Origin: an uncultured Methanosarcinaceae archaeon
Lineage (GTDB): Archaea; Halobacteriota; Methanosarcinia; Methanosarcinales; Methanosarcinaceae
Assembly: GCA_963727895.1 (NCBI GenBank)
Contig: CAVSHT010000003.1
Location: 32,001 to 96,000 of the forward strand
DNA: 64,000 bases
Direction: 5' to 3'
The notes beneath the pieces are model-generated. The model was not told the DNA's origin and ran no database searches. It saw only the letters and a program-made list of their open reading frames with translations. Made by a program: the position numbers and the translations under genes. Shown piece after piece: positions 1-11,677 of the stretch (position 1 is its first letter; each line of letters starts with the position of its first letter).

Positions 1-4
1 AATT

Positions 5-1315
5 TTATTTCACTGTAATAGACATTGTTTTAGTACTACTTCCAGCAGCGTTCGTTACAGTTAATTTTATAGTATATTTTCCTGCTCTAGTATACTTGTG
101 TGTTGGACTCTTAGCTGTTGAAGTTGTTTTGTCACCGAGGTTCCAAGACCATGACGTTGGTGAACCTGTACTTTTATCTGTGAATTTCACATTTAATGGA
201 TGTTTACCAGTAGTTGGAGATGCAGAAAATTTAGCAAACGGTGAGTAGATAAGAGTACCCATGTAAATATCGTAGTTAGTTACATCGTTTTGGTTCCCAT
301 TACGGCTATCCCTCCAAACTATCCTGTCACCATATATTTCAGGGTCACTTTGACTTGATCCATTAGTGGTGATTTTAGTTTCAGTGGAAGTGGAAATATC
401 GTACATTATGATATCCGTATTACCAGGATCCATGCCTCCCTCTTCCCATACGATCTTATTGCCATAGATAGCAGCTTGAGAAGCATAACCATTACCATAG
501 GGGGAACCAATCATATTTAAGGTGGAAGTGGAAAGGTTGTACACATAGACATTGTAGTTTGTACCTGTGCTTTCTGCCATCCATACTATTTTGTCTCCAT
601 AGATCCTGGGAAAAGACAGAACAAAACAAGCGCTGTCTCCATAATTTACCTGGCTTTCCACAGAAGTGGAAAGATTATACATATAAATCTGCACGTGTAA
701 ATATGGGTTATATGGGTTCTCTTCCATATTCCGTTCATCGCGCCACACTATTTTGTCTTTGTATATATCAGGACCCGCTTGTGTTAAGTTATTAGTTGTT
801 ATCTGGTACTCCTTCGAGGTGGAAATGTCGTACATGTAGATATTCCAGTTTCCAACAGGATAATTGTATTCATCAAAGCTTCCCCCATTGCGCCCATCCA
901 TCCACACTATTCTACTATCGTAAATTTTAGGATAGAGTGCTTTTCCGCTTGTGGTGATCCGGGTTTGTTTTTTAGTAGTAAGATCTTGCAAATAGATATC
1001 ATAGCCTCCATTGCGCTCGTCTTCCCATACTACCCTGTTTCCATAGATAGCAGGCGATACCTGATTTGCCGTATTGGTAGTATGAATTTCCTGGCGAGTT
1101 GAGAGATTATATATGTAGATGTCCCAATTTCCGTTGCGGTCATCCTGCCACACTATGGTGTTACCATAGATATCAGGGTTCAGTGAATTTGATGGATTTG
1201 TTGTTATTTGCTTTTCAGTAATAGACGCTGAAGCCGTGGATGAAATCACAATTAAAAATAACATTAGTAATAATGATACTAAAGCTACTGAATGCAATTT
1301 TTTATTAATTTTCAT
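5..1315 (-). CDS. Cell-surface protein with Methanosarcina beta-propeller repeats and C-terminal PKD domain
   Basis: Signal peptide; repeated 'P(D/A)IYGxxIVW.D.RNGN.DIYxYxL' blades; PKD motif 'FTDKSTGSPTSWSWNLGD...PTHKYTRAGKYT'. Confidence 0.9.
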   Translation of the reverse strand: MKINKKLHSVALVSLLLMLFLIVISSTASASITEKQITTNPSNSLNPDIYGNTIVWQDDRNGNWDIYIYNLSTRQEIHTTNTANQVSPAIYGNRVVWEDERNGGYDIYLQDLTTKKQTRITTSGKALYPKIYDSRIVWMDGRNGGSFDEYNYPVGNWNIYMYDISTSKEYQITTNNLTQAGPDIYKDKIVWRDERNMEENPYNPYLHVQIYMYNLSTSVESQVNYGDSACFVLSFPRIYGDKIVWMAESTGTNYNVYVYNLSTSTLNMIGSPYGNGYASQAAIYGNKIVWEEGGMDPGNTDIIMYDISTSTETKITTNGSSQSDPEIYGDRIVWRDSRNGNQNDVTNYDIYMGTLIYSPFAKFSASPTTGKHPLNVKFTDKSTGSPTSWSWNLGDKTTSTAKSPTHKYTRAGKYTIKLTVTNAAGSSTKTMSITVK

Positions 1316-1808
1316 TATCCAACCTGATTATCTGTATTTATTTTCATAGAGCTAATGTTTATAATATTAAAGAGTTTAATCCTTAAACTTTTGTATTCAA
1401 AACCAAAATATTATAAAAAAGTGTAACTAAATATTATATTACAGTTTAGGTTAAAAAGAGATGTTAATTAATATTTATAAAATCTTATAATAATAGTATT
1501 AATGCTCTACAGCAGGGTTAACATAATTTCGAATAATTGTGAGATACATTGACAGATAAATTGACAAAATAATAGTTCAGATAATTTTTCCAGCAATTCA
1601 GAAACAATTGATAGAACAAGTATATTATACATTTTATAATATAAACTATATATAAATGTTATGAGTTATCCCACCTATAATTTGTTTGAAAATGATCGGT
1701 ATGCATTTACTGATAAATAATTAAAATTGACTTTATAATTTAAAATAAGAAAAGAATACAATTTAGTATAAATGATCTCGACATTTTATAATAAATATCG
1801 CTGAATGA

Positions 1809-2664
1809 GGTTCCGTTGCAAAAAATCTTAGAATAAGCCTGTAAATCTATGAATAATGAATAAAAGTTAAAATATTCAAAAAGATATGTCAATATTATAG
1901 AACTATTCCAAATAATTGATTAATATATTTAGCTTCATTAAAGCCAGAGTAATTTAAGTTCTTGATTTGTCCTTTTTTAATCATATTCATAGCTTCAATT
2001 CCTTTTAAAGTTTTAATGGCTGTATGAAAAGACTGAAATCCTAACATTGGATTAACTATTCGTTTAATGGATCTATGATCCTGTTCTATAATGTTATTCA
2101 AATATTTGATTTGTCGAATGCCTACGTTTATAGGTAGTATTTTATCATTTTTCAGTTTATCTATAGCAGGTGGATAAGCTGGATTTTTGTCAACTGTGAT
2201 TACTCTTGGAATTTGATTATGATTAGAGTTCAAAGCTTTCTTAAAAAAACGTTTTGCTGCTTTTTGGTCTCGTTTTGCACTTAACATGAAATCAATTGTA
2301 TCTCCATTTGAGTCAACTGCTCGATAAAAATATTTCCATTCACCTCTCACTTTTATATAGGTTTCATCAACTCTCCAAGAGTTATTAGTTGGTCTTAAAT
2401 ATCTACGTACCTTCTTTTCGATTTCAGGAGAGTATTGATGTACCCATCTCATTATCGTAGTGTGATCAACTTCTACTCCTCTTTCTGCCATCATTTCCTT
2501 TAAATTTCGATAACTTAATGGATATTTTAAGTACCATCTAACATTCAATAAGATAATTTCACCTACAAAGTGCTTCCATTTAAAGGAATTAGACAGCATA
2601 TCACTATCTTTGATTTCATTTTTATTTTAATTATATCCTTAGCAGATATTTTTGCAACGGAACC
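1809..2664 (-). mobile_element. IS6-family insertion sequence, apparently intact
   Basis: Terminal IRs GGTTCCGTTGCAAAAA (1809) and TTTTTGCAACGGAACC (ends 2664) flank the transposase; no target duplication visible. Confidence 0.93.
1895..2599 (-). CDS. IS6-family DDE transposase
   Basis: Motifs SWRVDETYIKV, YRAVD, ITVDKNPAY, YLNNIIEQDHR. Confidence 0.95.
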   Translation of the reverse strand: MLSNSFKWKHFVGEIILLNVRWYLKYPLSYRNLKEMMAERGVEVDHTTIMRWVHQYSPEIEKKVRRYLRPTNNSWRVDETYIKVRGEWKYFYRAVDSNGDTIDFMLSAKRDQKAAKRFFKKALNSNHNQIPRVITVDKNPAYPPAIDKLKNDKILPINVGIRQIKYLNNIIEQDHRSIKRIVNPMLGFQSFHTAIKTLKGIEAMNMIKKGQIKNLNYSGFNEAKYINQLFGIVL

Positions 2665-2906
2665 GGTTATTCTGCCATGTAACGGCTGCCTGCAAAGGCG
2701 CCGTTTTCAGCAGTCTTAATGTGGTTAAAAGTCTTATTGATAAGACTTCTACATCAACAGGACTGAAAGTGTTTTCGACTATCAGGGATAAAGTTTATGC
2801 AACGGCAAGAAAAGTAAGTGAAAACTTCAAGGAAAATATGAAAATTGTCTTTGATGAGTATTTGGGAAAATGGAATTATAGAGCAATTCCAGAGGTAAAA
2901 ACTTGA
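2665..2906 (+). pseudogene. 3' remnant of an ISAzo13-type transposase, cut by the IS6
   Basis: C-terminal 'T.TGLKV...DKVYAT.RKVS.NFKENMKIVFDEYLGKWNYRAIP' resembles ISAzo13 transposase ends; no true start. Confidence 0.6.
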
Positions 2907-2926
2907 ATTTATATTTCAAGTATTCC

Positions 2927-3163
2927 TAAATATATTAATCAATTATTTGGAATAGTTCTATAATAGTAATACATCTTTTAGAATATTTTAACTTTTATTC
3001 ATTATTCATAGATTTACAGGCTTATTCTAAGATTTTTTGCAACGGAATCGATAACTTCACCAACAAAGTGCTTCCATTTAAAGAAATTAGATAGCATGTA
3101 ACTACCTTTGATTCCATTTTTATTTTAATTATATCCTTAGCAGATATTTTTTGCAACGGAACC
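2927..3163. mobile_element. Two abutting IS6 end fragments (transposase 3' end plus IR, then transposase 5' end plus IR)
   Basis: Near-identical to both ends of the 1809-2664 element; IRs end about 3048 and 3163. Confidence 0.8.
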
Positions 3164-3188
3164 TAGAGTATGAGATTATATAATTTTC

Positions 3189-4331
3189 TCATTTAGTAAC
3201 TGTAACAAATTGGCTCTTTGAATTACTTCCAATCTTATTAGTTTCCGTTAAAGTAACTTTAAATTTCCCCATTTTTTGATACGTATGTGATGGATTCTTT
3301 AAAGTCGAAATTGTTCTATCTCCAAAGCTCCATTTTTCTGTCATATTTACTCCTTTGCTTATATCTATAAAAGAGACTGTTAATGGTACTTTCCCACTTG
3401 ATTTTGACATTTTGAATAAAGTTACTGGAGACTTAATAGCAACTAGAGGTAAGTAATCAGTATTATTACTGTCTATTTTATAGGGAGAATCTGCAATTCC
3501 ATCATAATTTTTGTCAGCAGCTGTCTGAGAAAAGCCTTTACCATTAGGAGAACCCCAGAAATTTCCACCAATATAAGGTCCTAAAACAATGTTATAATTT
3601 GGAGTCTTAGTGGTATTCCATAAATGATTAACGCTCCATGAAGGATATGACAGATCAAATATTATGTTCTTTTTATTGTTGAAATAATTATCATAAACAG
3701 TAGAAGTAACGTATCCATCAAACTTGATTCCTATATTACAACCAGTTATTGTATTTTCTGAAATACTTGCACTTGTATTTCCTCCAATTCCTTCATCTAA
3801 CTGTATTCCAATATCCACATTCCTAATTTTATTTCCAGTTATGGCCACACCAGAATCTATTAAAATAATTCCCCCGTCTGTGAAATCATTGTTTTTAATA
3901 ATACCCGAAGCCATTTCTCCAGTAATATAAGCATTACATGAATAAAAATAATTATTTTTTATTATTTCATTCTGAGCCCCATAGCCACCTAATTCAATAC
4001 CGTTTTTAATAATAGAAAATCCATTGATATTAATATTACCTTTTTCATATTGAATATAAGGATCTGCATAATCTGTGAATCCATCAACTTTTGGATTATT
4101 TATTCCAAGAATTGTTAAACTGTCTGTTTTAATCTTAACGGTCTCATAATAAGTTCCAGAATTAACAATGATGGTGTCTCCTTTATGTGAGGCGTTTACA
4201 GCACTTTGAATTGTATGATACTTTTCTTTGGTTCCTACTTTTAAAGTAGCAGCTGATACAATAGATAAATTAATAATTATAAACAAAATCATCACTGCTA
4301 ATATAAACACTAATTTTTTAGTAGATTTCAT
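3189..4331 (-). CDS. NosD/parallel beta-helix plus PKD cell-surface protein
   Basis: 'YHTIQSAVNA', 'GPYIGGNFWGSPNGKGFSQ...DGIADSPY', C-terminal PKD; paralog at 42386-43531. Confidence 0.88.
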   Translation of the reverse strand: MKSTKKLVFILAVMILFIIINLSIVSAATLKVGTKEKYHTIQSAVNASHKGDTIIVNSGTYYETVKIKTDSLTILGINNPKVDGFTDYADPYIQYEKGNININGFSIIKNGIELGGYGAQNEIIKNNYFYSCNAYITGEMASGIIKNNDFTDGGIILIDSGVAITGNKIRNVDIGIQLDEGIGGNTSASISENTITGCNIGIKFDGYVTSTVYDNYFNNKKNIIFDLSYPSWSVNHLWNTTKTPNYNIVLGPYIGGNFWGSPNGKGFSQTAADKNYDGIADSPYKIDSNNTDYLPLVAIKSPVTLFKMSKSSGKVPLTVSFIDISKGVNMTEKWSFGDRTISTLKNPSHTYQKMGKFKVTLTETNKIGSNSKSQFVTVTK

Positions 4332-4611
4332 AGTTTGAACTCATATATTTAATTTTAATATTTAACATATATAATGTTTAGATTTATATTAATAACTAGA
4401 AGCAAAATAAAATGACAGCTTTGGAAGCAATGAAAAAAACAGGCATGAAAATAACACCTTTACAGAAGAGTAAAAGTATGAATCAAATGTTTATGCACAC
4501 TAAAAGTACATTATTCCATTTTTTTTGGTACATAGATATTAGATTATATTTTTATTATTTCTGGATGTACCTCTTTTTCTAAAAAATAAAAAGAGTGTTG
4601 CCACTCTTATT

Positions 4612-6540
4612 TCATTTGTATATATATCTATCTTTTGTAGTTAATTTACTTTTACCTACAGGTGTGATCACAGTAACATCAACTGTTCCTTTCTTTCCTG
4701 CAGGAGCAATTACAGAAATCTTTGTATCGGATGTAACAGTTAGCTTACTAACTGATACACTTCCGAACTTCACAGCAGTTGCACCTGTAAATCCAGATCC
4801 ATAGATAGCCACATGATTTCCACCTTTAGTAGATCCAGAAGAAGGAACTAATGAAGTAACTTTTGGTGTTACTTGTTGATATGTGAACTTATCGTTATCA
4901 GAAGTAGAGCTTGTGCCAGTAGGCGAAACTACAGTGACATCAACTGTTTCTGTTCCTGCCGGTGAGGTTGCAACGATATGAGAGTCATCGATAACTTTGA
5001 CACCAGTTGCAGCTTTGCTTCCAAACATAACTTTCTGCACTTCATACAAGTTCGTTCCTGTTATGGTTACCTTTGTACCACCATTTATCGGACCTACACT
5101 CGGTGTAACACTGTCAACTACAGGATTTGGTTTAAATACAAAATAACCTTGCCAAGGATCACTTATTCCACCAGTTGATGTAACTACTACTGACGCATAT
5201 CCGGCATCCTCTTGTGGTGTAATTGCTTTGATTTGAGTATCAGAGATAAAGGTTATCGCTGTGGCTGGGAAGTCCCCAAACATCACTTGTGATATGCCTG
5301 TGAAACCAACACCTTTTAAAGTTACAACTGTACCGCCTTCTGTTGGGCCTATAGCTGGTGATACGCTATAGATTTTTGGATGTGCTATATATGTATATTT
5401 ATCTCTGCTTGAATTAACACTTACTCCACCGGCTGCAGTTACCTGGATGTCAAAAGTTTTTGGAGCTCCTGGTTGAGTAGTCAATTGTGGAACCGTTATG
5501 CTTATTTTATTGTCGGTAACACTTAGGATCGTAGCAATTTTAGAACCAACAACCACTTTAGATGCTCCAGTAAATCCGTATCCAAGTATATCAATTGTGT
5601 TGCCACCATCATATGAGCCAGTTGTAGGTGTTATACTAGTAATGTATGAGACCTGTACATAGGTATACTGGTCAGCAGAGCTGGTACCGCTAGTTCCAAA
5701 TGGGGTTGTAACAGTAACATCGACTGTTCCAGTTCCAGCTGGAACGGTTGCAGTAATCTTGTTGTTATTAACCACGATGACATTTGTAGCTGGGGTAGCT
5801 CCAAAGTTTACATTTGTAGCTCCGGTGAAATATGATCCAGTAATGGTTACTTTATTTCCACCATTAACTGAGCCAGATTTAGGAGATACACTGCTTACTG
5901 ATGGGGCTGTTCCCCATGTAAACTTACTGTTCACCCAAGGCTGGCTTAAACCAGCAGGGGTTTCAACTTCAATGATAGCATTATCACCAAGAGGCCCAGC
6001 AGGTGCAGTTATCGTTATTTGGTTGTCATTATCGACTACCAGGTTTGTACCCAGATATTGCTGACCAAAATGCTGACCAGTAGGATTACTGTCAATAAAA
6101 ATAACTTTATCTGCGCCAGTGAAATACGATCCGCCTATTGTTACTTCCGTGCCTCCTGTGCTTAAACCTATCAAAGGTGATACATCACTGATTGAAGCCA
6201 CTGGCATGTATGTATACAAATCAGCTGAGGTTTCTGAACTCGTTCCTTCTGATGATGTGACATGTACATAGACTTGTCCATAATCCGTTCCAGCGGGGGC
6301 ATTTAATGTAATAGAACCATCATTTACTATACTAAAACCAACTGCTGTTCCTCCAAAATCAACTTGTGTTGCACCTAAAAATCCAGAACCCGTTATAGTC
6401 ACAGCATTTCCTCCGGCAAGTGGGCCGGCACTAGGATGAATACCAGTGACTGATGGTGTCGCTGCTGCAGTTGCAGTTGTTGCAAAAACCACAAGCATGA
6501 ACAATGTCAATGCAAATAGCATATTTCGCTTACTATTCAT
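4612..6540 (-). CDS. Secreted multi-IPT/TIG-domain surface protein
   Basis: Signal peptide then about 7 repeats 'P.V..VSP..G...GG..VTITG..F.GA..V.FG'; start taken as MNSKR after a GAGGT RBS. Confidence 0.88.
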   Translation of the reverse strand: MNSKRNMLFALTLFMLVVFATTATAAATPSVTGIHPSAGPLAGGNAVTITGSGFLGATQVDFGGTAVGFSIVNDGSITLNAPAGTDYGQVYVHVTSSEGTSSETSADLYTYMPVASISDVSPLIGLSTGGTEVTIGGSYFTGADKVIFIDSNPTGQHFGQQYLGTNLVVDNDNQITITAPAGPLGDNAIIEVETPAGLSQPWVNSKFTWGTAPSVSSVSPKSGSVNGGNKVTITGSYFTGATNVNFGATPATNVIVVNNNKITATVPAGTGTVDVTVTTPFGTSGTSSADQYTYVQVSYITSITPTTGSYDGGNTIDILGYGFTGASKVVVGSKIATILSVTDNKISITVPQLTTQPGAPKTFDIQVTAAGGVSVNSSRDKYTYIAHPKIYSVSPAIGPTEGGTVVTLKGVGFTGISQVMFGDFPATAITFISDTQIKAITPQEDAGYASVVVTSTGGISDPWQGYFVFKPNPVVDSVTPSVGPINGGTKVTITGTNLYEVQKVMFGSKAATGVKVIDDSHIVATSPAGTETVDVTVVSPTGTSSTSDNDKFTYQQVTPKVTSLVPSSGSTKGGNHVAIYGSGFTGATAVKFGSVSVSKLTVTSDTKISVIAPAGKKGTVDVTVITPVGKSKLTTKDRYIYK

Positions 6541-7181
6541 TATAGAGACCTCTTTTTTCATAGTTCGTCAAATTTACTTATATTAAATTTATTTTTTTAA
6601 AATGGGGAAATTAAATAGTATCTTCAATATATTTTTTGAATTTTTTATACGTTATTTAGTAGAATAATTGGATTAAAACTAATTTTTTAAAATATATTTA
6701 AGAAACTATTTGACATATTAAGTTCTTTAATCAAATTAATAAATGTTTCTCTAAAGATAATTACACATAATATTAAAAATATAATACCATCCCTTATAAA
6801 AGAATAATTTTTTTTATATACTAAAATTGATGTTTATAAAAAAAGTTATGATAATATATATCAATTTGTATATTATAATAATAGAAGATATACCTATATA
6901 TATATACATAATATCGAAATTATAACAAAATCTAAGATTTATGAACCGCATACAATTTAAAAAAAGCGAACAAATGAATCAAAATTTTATGCAATCATAT
7001 CTAAAAACTTAATAATATATATAGGTAGTAATAAATATATGATAACACTCAGAATTAATGGAAAACATATAATTTAAGAAAGAAAAGGAGTAAATCAAAA
7101 CTTTTGATACTTTTTAATATTTTATATTTTGGTTCTTTTTTAAAAATAAATTAATTTGCATCAATAGATACATTTATATAG

Positions 7182-7936
7182 GGTTCCGTTCTAAAAAATC
7201 TTAGAATAAGCATGTAAATCTATGGATTAGGACCAAAAGTTAAAATCTTCAAGAAGATGTATTACTATTATAGAACTATTCCAAATATTAGCAGATTAAA
7301 AAGACTGAAATCCTAACATTGGATTAACTATTCGTTTAATGGATCTATGATCTTGTTCTATGATGTTATTTAAATATTTGATTTATCTAATGCCTACGTT
7401 TATAGGTAGTATTTTATCATTTTTCAGTTTATCTATAGAAGGTGGATAAGCTGGATTTTTATCAACTGTGATTACTCTTGGAATTTGATTATGATTAGAA
7501 TTCAAAGCTTTCTTAAAAAAACGTTTTGCTGCTTTTTGGTCTCGTTTTGCACTTAACATGAAATCAATTGTATCTCCATTTGAGTCAACTGCTCGATAAA
7601 AATATTTCCATTCACCTCTCACTTTTATATAGGTTTCATCAACTCTCCAAGAGTTATTAGTTGGTCTTAAATATCTACGTACCTTCTTTTCGATTTCAGG
7701 AGAGTATTGATGTACCCATCTCATAATGGTTGTATGGTTGACTATTACTCTCCTTTCTGCCATCATTTCCTTTAAATTTCGATAACTTAATGGATATTTT
7801 AAGTACCATCTAACATTCAATAAAATAATTTCACCCACAAAATGCTTCCATTTAAAGGGATTAGATAGCATGTCATTATCCTTTACTTCCCTTTTATTTG
7901 ATTATATCCTTAACAGATATTTTTTGCAGCGGAACC
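7182..7936 (-). mobile_element. IS6 copy with internal deletion and premature stop (transposase pseudogene 7383-7871)
   Basis: Both IRs present (degenerate); ORF stops at 162 aa; about 100 bp of the 3' part is missing. Confidence 0.88.
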
Positions 7937-8003
7937 CCTTTCCATATATTGATGAAATAATATTTCAATATGGAAAATTTACGCAAATATAATGTATCAT
8001 TCA

Positions 8004-8240
8004 GGGTTCCGTTGCAAAAAATCTGAGAATAAGCATGTAAATCTATAGACAATAAACAAAAACCAAAATATTCAAGAAGATTTATCAATTTACGGAACTA
8101 TTCCAAATAATTAATGAACATATTTAGCTTCATTAAGACTAGAGTAATTTAGATTCTTGAGTTGTCCTTTTTTAACCATATTCGTTTTGGCTCCGGTAAT
8201 TGAGTTTATGCAGATCTCCTAAAACCTAGTCAACATTTTG
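8004..8240 (-). mobile_element. IS6 3'-end derivative fused to an unrelated ~60 bp segment (also at ~15872-16107 and ~36631-36866)
   Basis: IR plus transposase C-terminus joined to an 'aaaatgttgactag...ggagccaaaa' segment at the same junction in three places. Confidence 0.7.
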
Positions 8241-8720
8241 ATTTTACTGTTATTAAGCAGGACTTCCTTCGGGATCTGAAGCGTTAAAGTGGATCATAGA
8301 TTATCAACTTGCTAGAAAAAATCAGGTTCCGTTGCAAAAAATCTGGTCATTTTACAAAATGAGTGAAAACCTTCATTACTCCTTATTTTTGATATTAAGT
8401 ACACGTACAACGTAACCAAGTAATTTAAACAAAATTATAAAAACAGCCCAAGTTGCAAAACAAATAACTACAAAATCTAAAATTAATGTAACTATATCTA
8501 TAGTAACTGTATCCATAATCTTATCAACCTGTAAGAATATCGGTAGTGTGTCGAAAGTTCTGTAAGAAAGGATTTGTCAGAATTTTGAGATGTTTGGGAT
8601 TTTCTAAATCAACTGCGCAGGGACACACAAAAACCTCTAAAACATATAATACAACTGAATGCATATATATATATTTATAGTATATTATATAGAATTGTAA
8701 TATATTTATAGTTGATTTTT

Positions 8721-9575
8721 GGTTCCGTTGCAAAAAATTTCAGAATCAGCACGTAAATCTACAGACAATGAACAAAAGTTAAAATATTCAAAAAGATGTG
8801 TCAATATTATAGAACTATTCCAAATAATTGATTAATATATTTAGCTTCATTAAGACCAGAGTAATTTAGATTCTTGACTTGTCCTTTTTTAATCATATTC
8901 ATCGCTTCAATTCCTTTTAAAGTTTTAATGGCTGTATGAAAAGACTGAAATCCTAACATTGGATTAACTATTCGTTTAATGGATCTATGATCTTGTTCTA
9001 TAATGTTATTCAAATACTTGATTTGTCGAATGCCTACGTTTATAGGTAGTATTTTATCATTTTTCAGTTTATTTATAGCAGGTGGATAAGCTGGATTTTT
9101 ATCAACTGTGATTACTCTTGGAATTTGATTATGATTAGAATTCAAAGCTTTCTTAAAGAAACGTTTTGCTGCTTTTTGGTCTCGTTTTGCACTTAACATG
9201 AAATCAATTGTATCTCCATTTGAGTCAACTGCTCGATAAAAATATTTCCATTCACCTCTCACTTTTATATAGGTTTCATCAACTCTCCAAGAGTTATTAG
9301 TTGGTCTTAAATATCTACGTACCTTCTTTTCGATTTCAGGAGAGTATTGATGTACCCATCTCATAATGGTTGTATGGTTGACTATTACTCCCCTTTCTGC
9401 CATCATTTCCTTTAAATTTCGATAACTTAATGGATATTTTAAGTACCATCTAACATTCAATAAAATAATTTCACCCACAAAATGCTTCCATTTAAGGGAT
9501 TAGATAGCATATCATTATCCTTTACTTCCCTTTTATTTGATTATATCCTTAACAGATATTTTTTGCAACGGAACC
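8721..9575 (-). mobile_element. IS6 full-length copy with a 1-bp deletion near the transposase start
   Basis: IRs at 8721 and ending 9575; 'tttaagggatt' versus 'tttaaagggatt' in the sister copy shifts the first codons; remaining ORF 8807-9478. Confidence 0.88.
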
Positions 9576-10162
9576 ATATTATTAATATAATCTTCCAATA
9601 TAATTTCAGTTTCTTTTTCTGAATGTTTGATCTCATTTTTATTAACATTTTTATTATTATTTTCATCAACATTCATTGCATAATTCCTCCTAGACGTTAT
9701 AACATAGATATTTAGATAGATTTACATTAATCTTTTCTAAACATTGAAATTAGAACGAAATTTCCTGCTCCAGAGTATCAAATTTCATCCAAATTTTGGG
9801 TATTATAATCAAATCCATAATTAATCAATTTGTCACGATTCCTCACTTAATCAAAGATATATGAAGGTCAACTCTAATATATTTAAACCTTTTATAAAAA
9901 TAAAATATAAAATAGAACATTTTTTATAACATCAGTTAAGAATTTTATATTTATAAAAGAACATAATATTCAATATGTTTATAGTTTTGATAAACATAAA
10001 TCAAAAATAGAATTTTACCATATTTTATCCTTTTTAGGACATTTATCCTCATATCATATACAATGAGAATCTTAAAAGACCCTAAAAAGGAAATATAAAG
10101 TTATTTCAGACATAAAGCCATTATAATATATAAATATATTTTTTTAAAAAGAGGTTCCAAAA

Positions 10163-11218
10163 ATGGATAAACGATTTTTAGTGCTTATTACACTACTGAT
10201 ACTATTATCAAGTTCTGGAATATGTATTACAGCTGCTGAATCATCAAGTGGTAACTCCACAAATACGGATACTGTTAGTAATGAATTAACTAGTACTGGA
10301 TCAACTGATGATAATTCAATAAGTGATAATTCGGTAAATGATACTTATGTAGATAATGCCTCTACAGACAATACTTCTATAGATGATACCTCTACAGATA
10401 ATAATTCAGTAAGTAATGTTTCTACAGATGACACTTCTGTAGATAATGCTTCTGCAGATAATAATTCAGTAAGTGATGTTTCTACAGATAATAATTCTGT
10501 AGATGATGCTTCTGTAGATAATAATTCTGGATATAGTACTTCTACAGAAACTAATTCTGAAAATAACGCATCAACTGCAAGTAACCTGACAAATGAAAAT
10601 GAGTTAAACTCATCTGAACCACAGACTAATATTCAACATACAGAAATAAGTCAGGTATATATCAATAATTCACAAAATGTAAACATAAGCATTACAAACT
10701 ACAATTCGGTTGTCAATAACATAAACTTCGATGCAACAAAATCTTTAGGCAAGACTACTGTTGTTGTGGAGGATCTAAAAGATAAATCTCACTTAATTAA
10801 TAATCCACCTACAGATAATATCTACAAGTCATTCAATATATGGATCAACAACGGAAATATAAATAATAATTATATTAAAAACACAGTTGTTAATTTCCAA
10901 GTTGAAAAATCATGGCTCAAGAAGAACAATTTTAAAAACTCAGCTATCGTCCTGAATAGATACAGTAACGGGAAATGGATAAAAATACCTGTGACCATAA
11001 CAGGATATAATACAAAGTATGTATATTTCAAAGCTAAAGTTTCTGGCTATTCTTCATTTACAATAACCGGAAAAACAGATCAGGCAACGGTAACTACAAA
11101 GCCTATACAACAAGTAAACAGTAATTCTGTATCCAGTAATTCTGGATCTCAGAATGAGATTATACGTCTTTTAAATGAAATCATAAATCGTTTGGATGAA
11201 ATCATTAAACTGATATAA
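10163..11218 (+). CDS. PGF-pre-PGF domain surface protein with Asp/Asn/Ser/Thr pentapeptide repeats
   Basis: 'KTTVVVEDLK', 'IYKSFNIW', 'FQVEKSW', 'YVYFKAKVSGYSSFTITG'; 15-bp repeats ~10310-10540. Confidence 0.85.
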   Translation: MDKRFLVLITLLILLSSSGICITAAESSSGNSTNTDTVSNELTSTGSTDDNSISDNSVNDTYVDNASTDNTSIDDTSTDNNSVSNVSTDDTSVDNASADNNSVSDVSTDNNSVDDASVDNNSGYSTSTETNSENNASTASNLTNENELNSSEPQTNIQHTEISQVYINNSQNVNISITNYNSVVNNINFDATKSLGKTTVVVEDLKDKSHLINNPPTDNIYKSFNIWINNGNINNNYIKNTVVNFQVEKSWLKKNNFKNSAIVLNRYSNGKWIKIPVTITGYNTKYVYFKAKVSGYSSFTITGKTDQATVTTKPIQQVNSNSVSSNSGSQNEIIRLLNEIINRLDEIIKLI

Positions 11219-11677
11219 TAAATTTCGTTTTGCAGTACTGTGTAGTTTACAAATCTGATTAGACTACACAACACCTGCTAAACAATATATTTTTCAGCAT
11301 TGGTAGAATAAAATTGATCATGCCTATTATAATATAGACAAGCGTCTGTGCGCCCGAGACGACAGACAAGACAAAACCCTTAAGAAAAATCGTAAATTTA
11401 CTGAGTTTCTTAGGATCCTTCAAAATCATTGAGCCTTTAATAATTCCTCAATCGAAACTCACTGTGACCAAGTCACGTACTTTACCAAATTAATTTCAAA
11501 ATAGATTTTCTTAATTTCTTTTTTATAATTTTATTTTTATATATTATACACTAACCGTATTAAATTTAGACCATTTTTAGTCAACCCTTGACTTTAATCT
11601 TAGAAGACTTTTTCATTTATTATCAGGATTTCATGAGATCCTTGTTTTTGCTTTCAACCTTCTTTCTGGCTTGTCTG

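Noticed and set aside
7894..8088. Repeated short ORFs 'MINLL.YF.FC...FCNGT' and 'MQRN...' (also 16024, 23786, 36783, 8524, 23586)
   Set aside because: Chance frames running through IS6 subterminal and IR sequence
10310..10540. Short periodic repeats as a CRISPR array (also 46900-47130 and 61860-62520)
   Set aside because: They are in-frame coding repeats without unique spacers; no cas genes nearby
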